From NCBI GenBank assembly GCA_024278555.1, contig JAJRSX010000183.1, forward strand, positions 4,043 through 68,042: a stretch of DNA of 64,000 nucleotides, given 5' to 3'. The notes beneath the pieces were generated by a model. That model saw only the letters and a list, made by a program, of their open reading frames with translations. It was not told where the DNA came from and ran no database searches. This DNA is from a bacterium (GTDB taxonomy: Bacteria; CG2-30-53-67; CG2-30-70-394). The position numbers and the translations under genes were made by a program. Below are positions 21,265-33,273 of this stretch, piece by piece. Positions within the stretch are counted from its first letter, which is position 1; each line of letters opens with the position of its first letter.

Positions 21265-22241
21265 ATTTCCGCAGCGTTAACGCTGCGGCCCCATTGAAGC
21301 TTGCGGATGATCTTGAACGCATGGCGACGCGGCAGATTTCCGCAGCGTTAACGCTGCGGCCCCATTGAAGCATTGCGACCTCCTCTTCAGAGCGCTTCTT
21401 TTTAGCGATTTCCGCAGCGTTAACGCTGCGGCCCCATTGAAGCAGCCCTCAGCGGGAGGGAGATTCGCAAGTTTTCCGGGATTTCCGCAGCGTTAACGCT
21501 GCGGCCCCATTGAAGCCAGGCGGGATTTGGTAGAAACGAATGAGGTCGTCACATTTCCGCAGCGTTAACGCTGCGGCCCCATTGAAGCGTGGCGTGGGTC
21601 ACGGCGGCGGCGGTGCTCTGCCTCGTTACCGCAGCGTTAACGCTGCGGCCCCATTGAAGCCGAGGAGCGGCACAAAGACGGGCGCACGTTCTATTTTATT
21701 TCCGCAGCGTTAACGCTGCGGCCCCATTGAAGCCCGACCGCGACAGTCTCAGCACGCCCCGCGCGGCCATATTTCCGCAGCGTTAACGCTGCGGCCCCAT
21801 TGAAGCTACGCAGTAGTCATAAGAGATCGACATCCCTAGCGTAATTTCCGCAGCGTTAACGCTGCGGCCCCATTGAAGCCCACGTCCTTCGACATGGACT
21901 TCGTCGTTGAGTTGATTTCCGCAGCGTTAACGCTGCGGCCCCATTGAAGCTCTAGGGCTGCTTTCGACGAGGTTCTGAAACTCCTCGCATTTCCGCAGCG
22001 TTAACGCTGCGGCCCCATTGAAGCGATCCATTGATTCCCACCCATGAGATTGCTCCATCTCATTTCCGCAGCGTTAACGCTGCGGCCCCATTGAAGCTCC
22101 AGCGGCAAGGTGGGGGACGGAGTCTACGGGTATGATTTCCGCAGCGTTAACGCTGCGGCCCCATTGAAGCACCCACTTCACTTCCCCCGCCACGGTTTTT
22201 TTGGTATTTCCGCAGCGTTAACGCTGCGGCCCCATTGAAGC
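21265..22241 (+). CRISPR. CRISPR array, 14 repeats / 13 spacers
   Basis: The 36-bp repeat ATTTCCGCAGCGTTAACGCTGCGGCCCCATTGAAGC has a palindromic core CCGCAGCG-TTAA-CGCTGCGG. Spacers are 35-38 bp. Repeat 6 (21625-21660) is a variant (GTTACC... instead of ATTTCC...). Confidence 0.95.
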
Positions 22242-22289
22242 GTAATGGGTTCGATGGCGTCGGCTATGTCGTCCGTTAAGGAGAGCGCC

Positions 22290-22520
22290 ATGGAAGTGGT
22301 CCATCTGATGGCCGACATCGAGGCTGATGGCCACCTGCATGTGGACATCCCCACGAAGCTCGCATCCGGCGCGGTGGAGGTGGTGGTGATCCAGCGCGCC
22401 GGCGGCAAGGCCGGCGCGAAGGTGGCCGGGTACGATTTCAGCGACATCACCGGCCACCTCCAGTGGCAGGGCGATGCTATTGCCGCCCGGCGAAGCCTTC
22501 CGGCCGGCTTCGTGATGTAG
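22290..22520 (+). CDS. hypothetical small protein (76 aa) immediately after the array; possibly an AbrB/SpoVT-like antitoxin fold
   Basis: An AAGGAG RBS lies 6 bp upstream of the ATG. DGHLHVDIPTKLASGAVEVVVI resembles looped-hinge beta-barrel antitoxins, but the match is weak. Confidence 0.35.
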   Translation: MEVVHLMADIEADGHLHVDIPTKLASGAVEVVVIQRAGGKAGAKVAGYDFSDITGHLQWQGDAIAARRSLPAGFVM

Positions 22521-22557
22521 CTCCAGTCGTGTCGATTCGCGGCCGGCTTTCCCCTTC

Positions 22558-23046
22558 TCAGTAGCTCCGCGCCCCCGGGCCCTTTTGCCATGCCTTGAAG
22601 AGGGCGCGGCAGGCGGCGCGTTCGATGCCTTCTACCACCACCAGGGGGCTGCCGCCGAGGCGGGCGAGCTCTGCTGCCGGGAGGTGGAGCTCGTGGAAGC
22701 CGGCGGCGGCGGCGTCGGCGATGGTGGCGCCGAAGTAGAGGGTGCGGATCCGCGCCCAGTGGCTAGCGGCGAGGCACATGGGGCACGGCTCGCAGGTGGT
22801 GTAGAGGTCGCAGCCGGTGAGGTCGATCGTGGCCAGCGCCCGGCAGGCGGAGCGGATGGCGTTGATCTCGGCGTGGGCGGTGATGTCGGTGTCCTGCCAG
22901 ACGGTGTTGTGGGCGCTCGCGACCACCTCGCCGTTGCGGGCGATGACGCAGCCGAAGGGGGTCTGGCCGGCGGCGATGGAGTCGCGGCAGGCGGCGATGG
23001 CACGTCCCATGAGGCGGGTGTGGACCGAGGCGGTAGAGGAGTCCAT
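22558..23046 (-). CDS. CMP/dCMP-type zinc deaminase (TadA/guanine deaminase-like)
   Basis: HAEINAIR and CEPCPMC zinc-binding motifs; 162 aa. Confidence 0.75.
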   Translation of the reverse strand: MDSSTASVHTRLMGRAIAACRDSIAAGQTPFGCVIARNGEVVASAHNTVWQDTDITAHAEINAIRSACRALATIDLTGCDLYTTCEPCPMCLAASHWARIRTLYFGATIADAAAAGFHELHLPAAELARLGGSPLVVVEGIERAACRALFKAWQKGPGARSY

Positions 23047-23132
23047 GGGTGTCGTTGCGGCGGGTTTTTGGGGGTGGTAGCTTGCGGATCAATGATGTAC
23101 GTGCGGGTCAACCAATCTGCTTGAGGCACGCC

Positions 23133-23538
23133 ATGCTCGATAAGACGGTTCGGGAGATCATGTCCACCCAGGTATACACCGCGGAGCGTGACGAAATCCT
23201 CTTCGAGGTGGCGGCGCGCATGGCGAGCCACAACATCGGCGCGGTGGTGGTCACCGAGGGGGGGGGCGCCGGTGGGGATGTTCAGCGAGCGCGACCTCCT
23301 CAAGCGGGTGGTCTACCGCGATATCTCCGTCCACTCGTGCTACCTGGGCGAGGTGATGACCCCGAAGGTGGAGTCGGTCTCCCCGGACGATGCGGTGCAG
23401 GCGGTGACCGAGCGGATGAAGCTGTATCGCCACCGCCACCTGCCGGTGGTGGAGGACGGCAACCTCGTCGGGATCGTGTCGCTGCGCGACCTCCTCGCCG
23501 CCTACACCGAGGCGTACGAGCAGATCGTCGCGGAGTAG
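23133..23538 (+). CDS. CBS-pair domain protein interrupted by an apparent +1 frameshift at a G9 homopolymer (~23266-23274)
   Basis: Frame A (23133..) gives the CBS N-terminal half, MLDKTVREIMSTQVYTA...IGAVVVTEGG. Frame B (..23538) gives the second CBS half, GMFSERDLLKRVVY...HLPVVEDGNLVGIVSLRDLL. The switch occurs at gaggggggggggcgcc. Confidence 0.55.
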
Positions 23539-23786
23539 GAGCGGGCCATGCCCGCGATCGGGGTGCTCCCGATCACGGGGGGGAGTAGGCCATCCCCGCG
23601 GACCGGACGGAGCCTCCTTTCCATTCCCTGTCTCTCCGATCGGGGGCGTGGCCCCCTCCTACCCCGATCCCGGCCTCCTACCCGGGTAGGAACCGGCGGG
23701 TCATACCCGCGACCCCTGCGCTTCCCGCCGGGCAGGCGCAGGCCATGCACGCAATCCGGCCCTCGTGTCGGCGGCGTCTGCCGCGG

Positions 23787-24362
23787 CTACCCGGCGGTCG
23801 GCGGCTCGGGGCGTTGCGCGGCGATGACCTCGATCGCCCGTGGGGTGGTGGGGCAGACAAAGGCGCAGGCGCCGCAGCCGGTGCAGCGGGTGGCCTCCAC
23901 CGTGGGCAGGCCGAGGTTGCGCAGGTCGATGGCGGACTCGGGGCAGCGCTCTCGGCACGACAGGCACATGGCGAAGCCGGCCTGGTTGAGGCAGTGGTCG
24001 GCGATGACCTCCGCGACCCCAGGGTCGGCCACGCCGCCCTCCACTCCGCGCTGCAGGGCGCCGCTGGGACAGGCGTCGGCGCAGGCGCGGCACCGCTCGC
24101 AGTAGCCGTCCACGAAGGCCATCCACGGGGTTCTGTCCACGGCCTCGCCGCGGCCGGTGACCGGCGCGAGGACGTTGTTCGGGCAGGCCTCGATACAGGC
24201 GTGGCACCGCTCACAGGTGTCCAGGAAGGCGGACTCGGGGAGGGCGCCGGGAGGGCGTACCGGTGGCGGCAGGGGGGGCGTGTCGGGCTGCTCGGTGAGC
24301 CGTTGCCGCAGCCGCGAGAGGCCGCCGAGGAGGAGGTCGCGCCGGGTCCAGGTGGCAGCCAT
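23787..24362 (-). CDS. NapG/MauM-like periplasmic ferredoxin-type protein (4x [4Fe-4S] Cys motifs, TAT-like N-terminus)
   Basis: Contains CERCHACIEACP, CERCRACADACP, CLSCRERCP and CTGCGACAFVCP, with TWTRRDLLLGG at the N-terminus. Confidence 0.7.
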   Translation of the reverse strand: MAATWTRRDLLLGGLSRLRQRLTEQPDTPPLPPPVRPPGALPESAFLDTCERCHACIEACPNNVLAPVTGRGEAVDRTPWMAFVDGYCERCRACADACPSGALQRGVEGGVADPGVAEVIADHCLNQAGFAMCLSCRERCPESAIDLRNLGLPTVEATRCTGCGACAFVCPTTPRAIEVIAAQRPEPPTAG

Positions 24363-24469
24363 GGTCAGCTTTCGTTGGTGTGCCGCGCGGCGCGCCGATG
24401 CCCCTCATTCCCCTCGTGCGCTTCGTGGTCTTCGTGGTTTTGGCCTCTCCCGATGTGGGAAGCCCGGCG

Positions 24470-25582
24470 TTACTCCTTCCCCTCGAAGAGCTCCTTCACC
24501 TTCTGGAAGAAGCCCTGGCCGCGCGGGTGGGTCTCTTCGCCGCTGATCCGGGCGAGCTCTTCGAGGAGCTCGCGCTGGCGGGGGGTGAGCTTGGTGGGGG
24601 TCTCGACGACGACCCGCACCAGCTCGTCGCCGACGCCGTGGCCGTGGACGTTGGGGATCCCCTTGTGGCGCAGGCGAAAGACGGCGTCGGTCTGGGTGCC
24701 GGCGGGGATGTTGAGACTCTCCTCACCTTTGAGGGTGGGGACGCGGATCTCGGCGCCGAGGGCCGCCTGGCTGATGGAGATGGGGACCTCGCACAGGAGG
24801 TCGTCGCCGGAGCGGGAGAAGAGGGGGTGCTCCTTGACCACGATGATGACGTAGAGGTCGCCGCGGCCGCCGCCGTGGATGCCGCCCTCGCCCTCACCGC
24901 CGAGCCGGAGGCGGGTACCGGTCTCCACCCCCGGCGGCACCTTCACGGTGATCTGGCGGCTCTGCCGCACACGGCCGCTCCCCTTGCACCCGGGGCACGG
25001 GTCGGTGACCACCTGCCCCTCGCCGTTGCAGGCGGAGCAGGGGCGGGCGAGGGAGAAGAAGCCCTGCTGGTAGCGCACCTGGCCGCTGCCGCCGCAGGTG
25101 GGGCAGGGGCGGGCGCCGGCACCGCTCGTGCTGCGTCGGCCGCCGCACTCGCCGCACGTCTCCATGCGCGGTACCTCGACCGGGATCTCGGCACCGAAGG
25201 CGGCCTGTTCGAAGTCGATCTCGATGTCGAGCCGGAGGTCGGCGCCGCGCCTGGGCGCCTGGGCACGGCGCCGGCCCCCGCCGAAGAAGTCGCCGAAGAT
25301 GTCCTCGAAGATGTCCGAGAAGCCGCCCCCGGCAAAGCCGCCCCCACCGCCGCCGTTGGCGCCGAGACCGGCGTGGCCGAACTGGTCGTAGCGGGCCCGT
25401 TTGTCCGGGTCGGAGAGGACCTCGTACGCTTCGCTCAGCTCCTTGAACTTGTGTTCCGCCTGCTCGTCGCCCGGGTTCTTGTCCGGGTGAAAGCGCATCG
25501 CCCCCTTGCGATAGGCGCGTTTGATCTCCGTCGGCGAGGCGTCGCGGGAGACGCCGAGGGTCTCGTAGTAGTCGGTGGGCAT
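24470..25582 (-). CDS. dnaJ: chaperone DnaJ
   Basis: J-domain with HPD ([13 protein letters not shown]), a G/F-rich region, and four CxxCxGxG zinc-finger repeats. Confidence 0.9.
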   Translation of the reverse strand: MPTDYYETLGVSRDASPTEIKRAYRKGAMRFHPDKNPGDEQAEHKFKELSEAYEVLSDPDKRARYDQFGHAGLGANGGGGGGFAGGGFSDIFEDIFGDFFGGGRRRAQAPRRGADLRLDIEIDFEQAAFGAEIPVEVPRMETCGECGGRRSTSGAGARPCPTCGGSGQVRYQQGFFSLARPCSACNGEGQVVTDPCPGCKGSGRVRQSRQITVKVPPGVETGTRLRLGGEGEGGIHGGGRGDLYVIIVVKEHPLFSRSGDDLLCEVPISISQAALGAEIRVPTLKGEESLNIPAGTQTDAVFRLRHKGIPNVHGHGVGDELVRVVVETPTKLTPRQRELLEELARISGEETHPRGQGFFQKVKELFEGKE

Positions 25583-25802
25583 GCGCTCGCTACGCTCGCG
25601 GGGATGGGGGGCGGGGGATGGGGGGTGAGGGGGTGGATGGCCGCTGCGCGGCCACCGATGGCGTGTGGTGGATGGCTCTCATCGTCGTCTCACGTGGCCC
25701 GAAGGGCCAACCATTCCCCCATCCCTCACCCCCCATCCCCGGGACAGGATCGCATCCAGGGAATGGAGAGCCGCCCCGGGGGGCGGTCAACCCCGGGCCG
25801 CT

Positions 25803-27719
<1,917 letters not shown>

Positions 27720-27961
27720 GCTCTCTCCTTGGTTCGTCGGTCGGATGCAAAAAGGTCTACGGGGTCAATGCTTGAACGGGAGCGAGACGGTCATCCGCCG
27801 CTCCCGCAATGGAATATGGGGACGCTCGGGTGGAGGCGCTACCCCCCGGCTCGCGGCGCGAGTTCGGGGGCTCTCAGCTTTTCGTTTTCAGCAACCGGCT
27901 TTCAGCGCACGGCGCTTCGAGTCGACTCCGTAGGTGTCGCGTGGTCGTCGCCGGAAGGGGC

Positions 27962-28543
27962 TCACTTCCGGCACACCAACACCATCGACGGGCGCAGGAG
28001 GCGGTCGTGGAGGAGGTAGCCGCGTTGGAGCTCATCGGCCACCTGGCCCGCCTCCACCGTGTCCGAGGCGGTCTCGCCGACCGCCTCGTGGAGGTTCGGG
28101 TCGAAGGGGGCGCCCACCGCCTCGATCGGGGTGACCCCGTGGCGCTTGAGGGTGTCGAGGAGCAGCTTGAGGGTCATCTCCACCCCGGTCGCCAGGGCGG
28201 CGTCGGCGTCCGCCGCGGCACCCTCGTTGTGGTGGGCCAGGGCGCGTTCCAGGTTGTCCACCGACTCTAGGAGGTCGCGTGCCAGCTTCTCGTTGGCGTA
28301 GCGCATGAATTCCGCCTTCTCCCGGGCGGTACGCTTTTTGTAGTTGTCGAGCTCGGCGCTCACCCGCAGGAGCCGTTCGTAGGTCTCCCGGGCCTGGCGC
28401 TCGATCTCCTCCTCGCGCGACGGCGCGGTCTCGTCGTCGTTCACCGCGGTGACCTCGATGTCCGGCATCCCCTCGGCGGCCACGTCGAGGGTCTCGGGGG
28501 TGAGGTCACTCTCTTCGTCACTCGGCTTTGGCTGGGTGCTCAT
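27962..28543 (-). CDS. grpE: nucleotide exchange factor GrpE
   Basis: A GrpE-like coiled-coil plus a C-terminal beta domain. It overlaps the hrcA stop and is in operon order hrcA-grpE-dnaK-dnaJ. Confidence 0.85.
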   Translation of the reverse strand: MSTQPKPSDEESDLTPETLDVAAEGMPDIEVTAVNDDETAPSREEEIERQARETYERLLRVSAELDNYKKRTAREKAEFMRYANEKLARDLLESVDNLERALAHHNEGAAADADAALATGVEMTLKLLLDTLKRHGVTPIEAVGAPFDPNLHEAVGETASDTVEAGQVADELQRGYLLHDRLLRPSMVLVCRK

Positions 28544-29577
28544 ACGCCTTGTAGCTTCCTTTCCACCGTCCGTGAGGTGAACTCCACCAAGGGAATTACC
28601 CGCGAGTAGTCCATTCGCCGCGGGCCGATGACGCCGACCGCGCCCAGGACCCGCCCTTCGATACCGTACTTGGCCGCCACCACGCTGCAGTCCACGTTAT
28701 TCCCGAGCAGGGTCTCGGCGCCGATGAAGACCTGCACCCCCTCCGCCTCCACCACCCGGTCGAGGATGGTGAGGAGGTTGCGCCGCTCCTCCAGGGCGGC
28801 GAGGAGCTCGCGGGCGCGGTCGATGTCGTCGAACTCCGGCTCGTCGAGGAGGGTGCTCGCTCCCTCCAGAAAGAGGAGGTGGGTCGCCGAATCGGCGGTC
28901 AGTTGCTCCTCGCGCACGGCCTCCATGATTAGGTGGTAGTAGACCTCTCGTGTCTTGTGCAGCTCCCGCTCCGCCCGCTGTCGTACCGCCTCCAGGGTGA
29001 GGCCGTGGAACTGCTCGTTGAGGTGGCGGGAGATGCGCGCCAGCTCCCTCTCCGAGACGTCACGGTCGGTGTGGAAGATGCGATTCTGCACATAATTGGA
29101 ACCGCTCACCAGGATGGCAAGGATGCGATGGCGGTCGAGACGGACGAGCTCGATGTGCTCCAGGACCGTCTCCCCGAGACACGGGGCGGAGACCAGCCCC
29201 ACGTGGTGGGTGAGGCCGGAGAGGAGCCGGGAGGAGGAGGCGAGGAGCCCCTCCACCCCGTGGTCGGTGGGGGGGGCGGCGATGATCTTGCGCTCCGCCT
29301 CCGACGGCCCCTGGGTGGAGAGGAGGGTGTCGACGTAGAGGCGGTAGCCGAGGTCGGTGGGGACGCGACCGGCGGAGGCGTGGGGCTGGGTGATGAGGCC
29401 GATCTCGGCGAGGTCGGCCATCACGTTGCGCACCGTGGCGGCGCTCACCTTGATGCCGTGGCGGCGCACCACGGTGCGCGAGCTCACCGGCGCCGCGGTG
29501 ACGATATAGTCCTGAACGATCGCCCTGAGGATCGCCTGGTCACGCGGCTCGATTTCTGGAGTCTCCATGTTTTTCAA
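28540..29577 (-). CDS. hrcA: heat-inducible transcription repressor HrcA
   Basis: An N-terminal winged HTH (RDQAILRAIVQDYIVTAAPVSSRTV) and the HrcA C-terminal domain; 345 aa. Confidence 0.85.
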   Translation of the reverse strand: MKNMETPEIEPRDQAILRAIVQDYIVTAAPVSSRTVVRRHGIKVSAATVRNVMADLAEIGLITQPHASAGRVPTDLGYRLYVDTLLSTQGPSEAERKIIAAPPTDHGVEGLLASSSRLLSGLTHHVGLVSAPCLGETVLEHIELVRLDRHRILAILVSGSNYVQNRIFHTDRDVSERELARISRHLNEQFHGLTLEAVRQRAERELHKTREVYYHLIMEAVREEQLTADSATHLLFLEGASTLLDEPEFDDIDRARELLAALEERRNLLTILDRVVEAEGVQVFIGAETLLGNNVDCSVVAAKYGIEGRVLGAVGVIGPRRMDYSRVIPLVEFTSRTVERKLQGV

Positions 29578-29865
29578 TAAGTTACGACGTAACCGGGGGA
29601 TGGATCATCCTCGTGAAGAGGGTGGCCAGTCAAGCTCCCGGCCGCGACCGCGGAGGTCGCGTGCGGGGGAGAGGTACGGAATGGGGGGCCGCCTTTGACC
29701 TTCGAAGAGGTAGGAGCGAGCGCCCGCTCGCGATTCGGGGCGGAAGGCCCGGCCCGCTCCGGCGGGGCGGGCTCGCCGGCGGCAGCCGGCTCCTACCGGG
29801 AAGGGGTCGCGCGGCAGGCCCCTTTTTTGACACGCCTCCGCTCCCCGGCGTACAAGCGTCGCCCC

Positions 29866-30540
29866 GTGGCGACCCTCCGTGCCGAGAATCTGTGTAAGCG
29901 CTTCGAGCGCGACGGTGCCGCCCTGGAGGTGCTCCGCGGGGTGGATGTGACCCTGGAGGCGGGGGAGTGCGTCTCCATTGTCGGCGTCTCGGGTGCCGGC
30001 AAGTCGACCCTGCTGCACTGCCTCGGCGGCCTGGAGCGGCCCACCCACGGGACCGTGTGGCTCGGCGACGACGACCTCTACCGCCTCCGCGACCGGCGTC
30101 GGGCGCAGCTTCGCAACCGCGAGGTCGGCTTTGTCTTCCAGTTTCACCACCTGCTCTCCGACTTCACCGCCCTGGAGAACGTCGCCATGCCCCTGCGGTT
30201 GGGGTCCGCCTCGGGGCGCCGGGCGGAGGCGCGGGCGCGGGAGCTTTTGGAGCGCGTCGGCCTCGGCGAGCGGGTCGAACACCGTCCCGGCGAGCTCTCC
30301 GGCGGCGAGCAGCAGCGGGTAGCGATCGCCCGTGCCCTGGCCTGCAAGCCGTCGATCCTCCTCACCGACGAGCCGACCGGCAACCTCGACGAGGAGACCG
30401 CTGACGCGGTCCACCAGCTCCTCCTGTCGCTCAACCGTGAGCTGCACACCACCCTGGTCTACGTCACCCACAACGCCGCCTTTGCCGCCACCGCCGAACG
30501 CCAGCTTCGTCTCCACCGTGGGCGGCTGGAGGCGGTGTAG
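29866..30540 (+). CDS. lolD: lipoprotein-releasing system ATP-binding protein LolD (GTG start; the ORF is open from 29695)
   Basis: Walker A GVSGAGKST, LSGGEQQRVAIARAL, Walker B ILLTDEPTGNLD; ~224 aa. Confidence 0.75.
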   Translation: MATLRAENLCKRFERDGAALEVLRGVDVTLEAGECVSIVGVSGAGKSTLLHCLGGLERPTHGTVWLGDDDLYRLRDRRRAQLRNREVGFVFQFHHLLSDFTALENVAMPLRLGSASGRRAEARARELLERVGLGERVEHRPGELSGGEQQRVAIARALACKPSILLTDEPTGNLDEETADAVHQLLLSLNRELHTTLVYVTHNAAFAATAERQLRLHRGRLEAV

Positions 30541-30570
30541 GGGTATGGCGGCTCGCAGTCGCCGGGACCA

Positions 30571-31530
30571 TCACGACGCGGCGGTGGGGCAGGGCGCCGG
30601 CCGGTCGATCTGCTCGGGGGCGAGCTCGGTGTAGTAGACGACTCGGTTTCTTCCTCCCTCCTTGGCGCGGTAGAGGGCGTCGTCGGCGCAGCGCAGCACT
30701 CCGCGCTGGCGTATTGCCGGGGCGAGATCGTCGCTGCTGATCACCCCGATGGAGAGGGTGATGGTGAGCGGGGTGCCGCCCTTCCACGGAATGGAGAGTT
30801 GTGCCACCCGTTCCCGTAGCCGCTCCGCGACCTGAACGGCGGTCTCGCGGTGGGCGTGGTCGAGGAGGATGACAAACTCCTCGCCGCCGATCCGACCCAC
30901 CGAGTCCTCGGTCCGGGCCACATCGAGGAGGAGGTCGGAGAGCGACGTCAGGACCTGGTCGCCCGCCTCGTGGCCGTAGGTGTCGTTGATCCGCTTGAAG
31001 TGGTCGATGTCCGCCATGAGCAGGGCAAAGGGCTCCTGGCGACGGCGCCAGCGCGACAGGCGGCTGTTGATCTGGCCGCTGGTCGCCCGCCGGTTGCCGA
31101 GGCCGGTGAGGGGGTCGGTGAGGGCGAGGAGGCGGAGCCGGTCGTTTTCCTCCTTCAGCCTCAGGGCGGCACGGACCCGGGCGACCAGCTCATCGGGATC
31201 GAACGGCTTGGTGATGTAGTCGCTGGCGCCGAGGGCGAGGCCGTGGCAGACGCTCTCCGTGTCGTCCGCCCGGGCGGTGACGAAGATCACCGGGGTCAAG
31301 GCGGTCTCCAGGTTCCGTTGTAGGTGGCGGCAGACGTCGAAGCCGTCCATCTCCGGCATGGCGACGTCGAGGAGGATCACGTCCGGCGGGTCTTGGATCG
31401 CCAGACGCAACCCCTCTTTGCCGCTACACGCCAGGATCGGGCAAAACCCCTCCTCCTCCAGGATCGCCTCCAGGAGCTCCCGGTTGGCGGCCCGGTCGTC
31501 GACCACCAGGATGCGCGGCCTCTCCCTCAT
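30571..31530 (-). CDS. response regulator receiver + GGDEF diguanylate cyclase
   Basis: REC domain (ILVVDDRAANRELLEA...DVILLDVAMPEMDG) and a GGDEF domain (RIGGEEFVILL). Confidence 0.8.
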   Translation of the reverse strand: MRERPRILVVDDRAANRELLEAILEEEGFCPILACSGKEGLRLAIQDPPDVILLDVAMPEMDGFDVCRHLQRNLETALTPVIFVTARADDTESVCHGLALGASDYITKPFDPDELVARVRAALRLKEENDRLRLLALTDPLTGLGNRRATSGQINSRLSRWRRRQEPFALLMADIDHFKRINDTYGHEAGDQVLTSLSDLLLDVARTEDSVGRIGGEEFVILLDHAHRETAVQVAERLRERVAQLSIPWKGGTPLTITLSIGVISSDDLAPAIRQRGVLRCADDALYRAKEGGRNRVVYYTELAPEQIDRPAPCPTAAS

Positions 31531-32696
31531 TGGGAGACCCCGTGGAGGGCCGGGGCGAACGCCTCGTCGGTGGTCTGGGTCGCTGCCGCGGGCAGGTGGA
31601 GGGTGAAGGTCGACCCCTCTCCCACCCCGCTCACCACCTTGATCTCACCCCCGAGGAGGTGGGCGAGGCTGCGGGATACCGACAGGCCGAGGCCGGTCCC
31701 CTCGTGCTCGCGGGTGGAGGAGCCGTCCGCCTGGCGGAACTTGTCGAAGATGGTGGGCAGGGCGGCGGCGGGGATGCCGATGCCGGTGTCGTGGACCACG
31801 TAGGCGAGCCCCTCCGGCCCCTCGGCGACGGTGAAGGTGACCCGCCCCTCGCGGGTGAACTTGATCGCGTTGCCGCCGAGATTCAGGAGGATCTGCTGGA
31901 GGCGCAGGGGGTCGGTGAAGAGGGTCGGCAGGTTGCTGTGGACCACCACCTCCAGATCGATGTCCCGCTCCTCGGCCAGGGGCAGGAGGGTCTCCACCGC
32001 CTGGGTGACGGCGGCGGCGGGATCGATCTCCTCCACCGTGATGGAGACCCTGCCGGCCTCGATCTTCGACAGGTCGAGGAGGTCGTTGATGACCGCCAGC
32101 AGGTGGGTGCCGTTCTCGTGGATGAGCTCCAGTTGGCGGAGCTGGCGGACGTCGCAGGTGCCGTGCGGGTTGCGTCGCAACAGGGCCGAGAAGCCGAGGA
32201 TCGCGGTGAGCGGGGTACGCAGCTCGTGGGAGACGTTGGCGAGGAACTCCGACTTCAGCCGCACCGCCTCCACCGCCTCGTCGCGCGCCGCCTTCAGCTC
32301 GCTCTTCAGCCGCTCCCGCTCAATGGCGTAGCGGAGACACCGGCCAAGGGCGTGGCCGTTGATCGTCCCCTTCACCAGGTAGTCCTGGGCACCCTCCTGC
32401 ACCGCTTGGAGCGCCAACTTCTCGTCGTTCAGGCTGGTAAGTACCACCAGGGGCACCCGGCCGGCGTGGCGTCGCACCCGGCGCACGCAGTCGAGGCCGT
32501 GGCCGTCGGGGAGGGTGAGGTCCTGGAGGACGACATCAATCTCGCCCCGGTTGAGCCACGCCAACCCGTCGGCGAGGGTGTCGGCGTAGAGGAGGTGGTA
32601 GTTGTCGGCGCCACTCTCCGTCAGCAGCTCGCGGATGAGACGGGCATCACCGGGGTCGTCCTCTACCAGTAAGAGGGTGAGTGCTTCTTGCTCCAT
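31527..32696 (-). CDS. hybrid histidine kinase (N-terminal REC + HisKA + HATPase_c, no sensor domain)
   Basis: REC domain (LLLVEDDPGDARLIRE...DVVLQDLTLPDGHG), H-box NVSHELRTPLTAILGF, and N/G1/G2 boxes. Overlaps the downstream REC-GGDEF gene by 4 bp. Confidence 0.8.
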   Translation of the reverse strand: MEQEALTLLLVEDDPGDARLIRELLTESGADNYHLLYADTLADGLAWLNRGEIDVVLQDLTLPDGHGLDCVRRVRRHAGRVPLVVLTSLNDEKLALQAVQEGAQDYLVKGTINGHALGRCLRYAIERERLKSELKAARDEAVEAVRLKSEFLANVSHELRTPLTAILGFSALLRRNPHGTCDVRQLRQLELIHENGTHLLAVINDLLDLSKIEAGRVSITVEEIDPAAAVTQAVETLLPLAEERDIDLEVVVHSNLPTLFTDPLRLQQILLNLGGNAIKFTREGRVTFTVAEGPEGLAYVVHDTGIGIPAAALPTIFDKFRQADGSSTREHEGTGLGLSVSRSLAHLLGGEIKVVSGVGEGSTFTLHLPAAATQTTDEAFAPALHGVSQ

Positions 32697-32923
32697 GTCT
32701 CACTCGTCGGTGAAAAATCACCGCTCATGAGCAAGAAACGGTCGATGTGAGAGGAAATGTGTCCGCCTCGCCGCCGGCCGCGGCCGGCGCGGCACGCTTT
32801 GCTGGATTGCCCGATGGCGGAGGGGGATGTCGCGCGTCCCCCTCGCTGTCCGTGGAGGGCGGGCCGACGCCCGACCTCAGGCCGCAGGGTGCGTCCGATC
32901 TTCGCGTGAGACCGCCACGCCTA

Positions 32924-33157
32924 CCGCTTCGGGGTCACCTTGGTCACCACCCCGTGGCGGCCGATCTCCTCGGCGCACGCCTGCGCGGAGGCCTCGTCGG
33001 GAAACTCGAAGAGGCGGAGCTGGGCGTCGAGGACGTCGAGGATCACCTGGTGGGCCTCTTCGTAGTCGATGCCCAGGTGCTTGGCGAGACACTCCCCCGC
33101 CGCCTTGGGCATGAGGTCGTCGGTGGTGGTGAAGAGGCGGAGCTGATAGGCGGACAT
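32924..33157 (-). CDS. hypothetical small protein (78 aa), downstream of proS
   Basis: The ORF MSAYQLRLFTTTDDLMPKAAGECLAKHLGIDYEEAHQVILD... has a weak resemblance to the L7/L12 C-terminal fold. Confidence 0.3.
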
Positions 33158-33273
33158 GGCAGGTAGGGGAGTGGGTGAGGGAAAACAGCGGCCCGGCAAC
33201 AAAAGGGCGAACCGCGGGATTGTCCGCCGCTTCGGCTGCACGACGCAAACCGAGGTGGCGGCGCACCGGCGGG

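Noticed and set aside
27720-29700. CIRCE (TTAGCACTC-N9-GAGTGCTAA) HrcA operator upstream of hrcA/grpE/dnaK
   Set aside because: Reading the hrcA upstream region (29578-29700) and the grpE-dnaK spacer found no recognisable CIRCE inverted repeat. The operator may lie beyond what I can match by eye, so no feature was called.
29605-30516. 303-aa minus ORF overlapping lolD
   Set aside because: It is antisense to a clear ABC ATPase, with Gly/Arg-rich low complexity.
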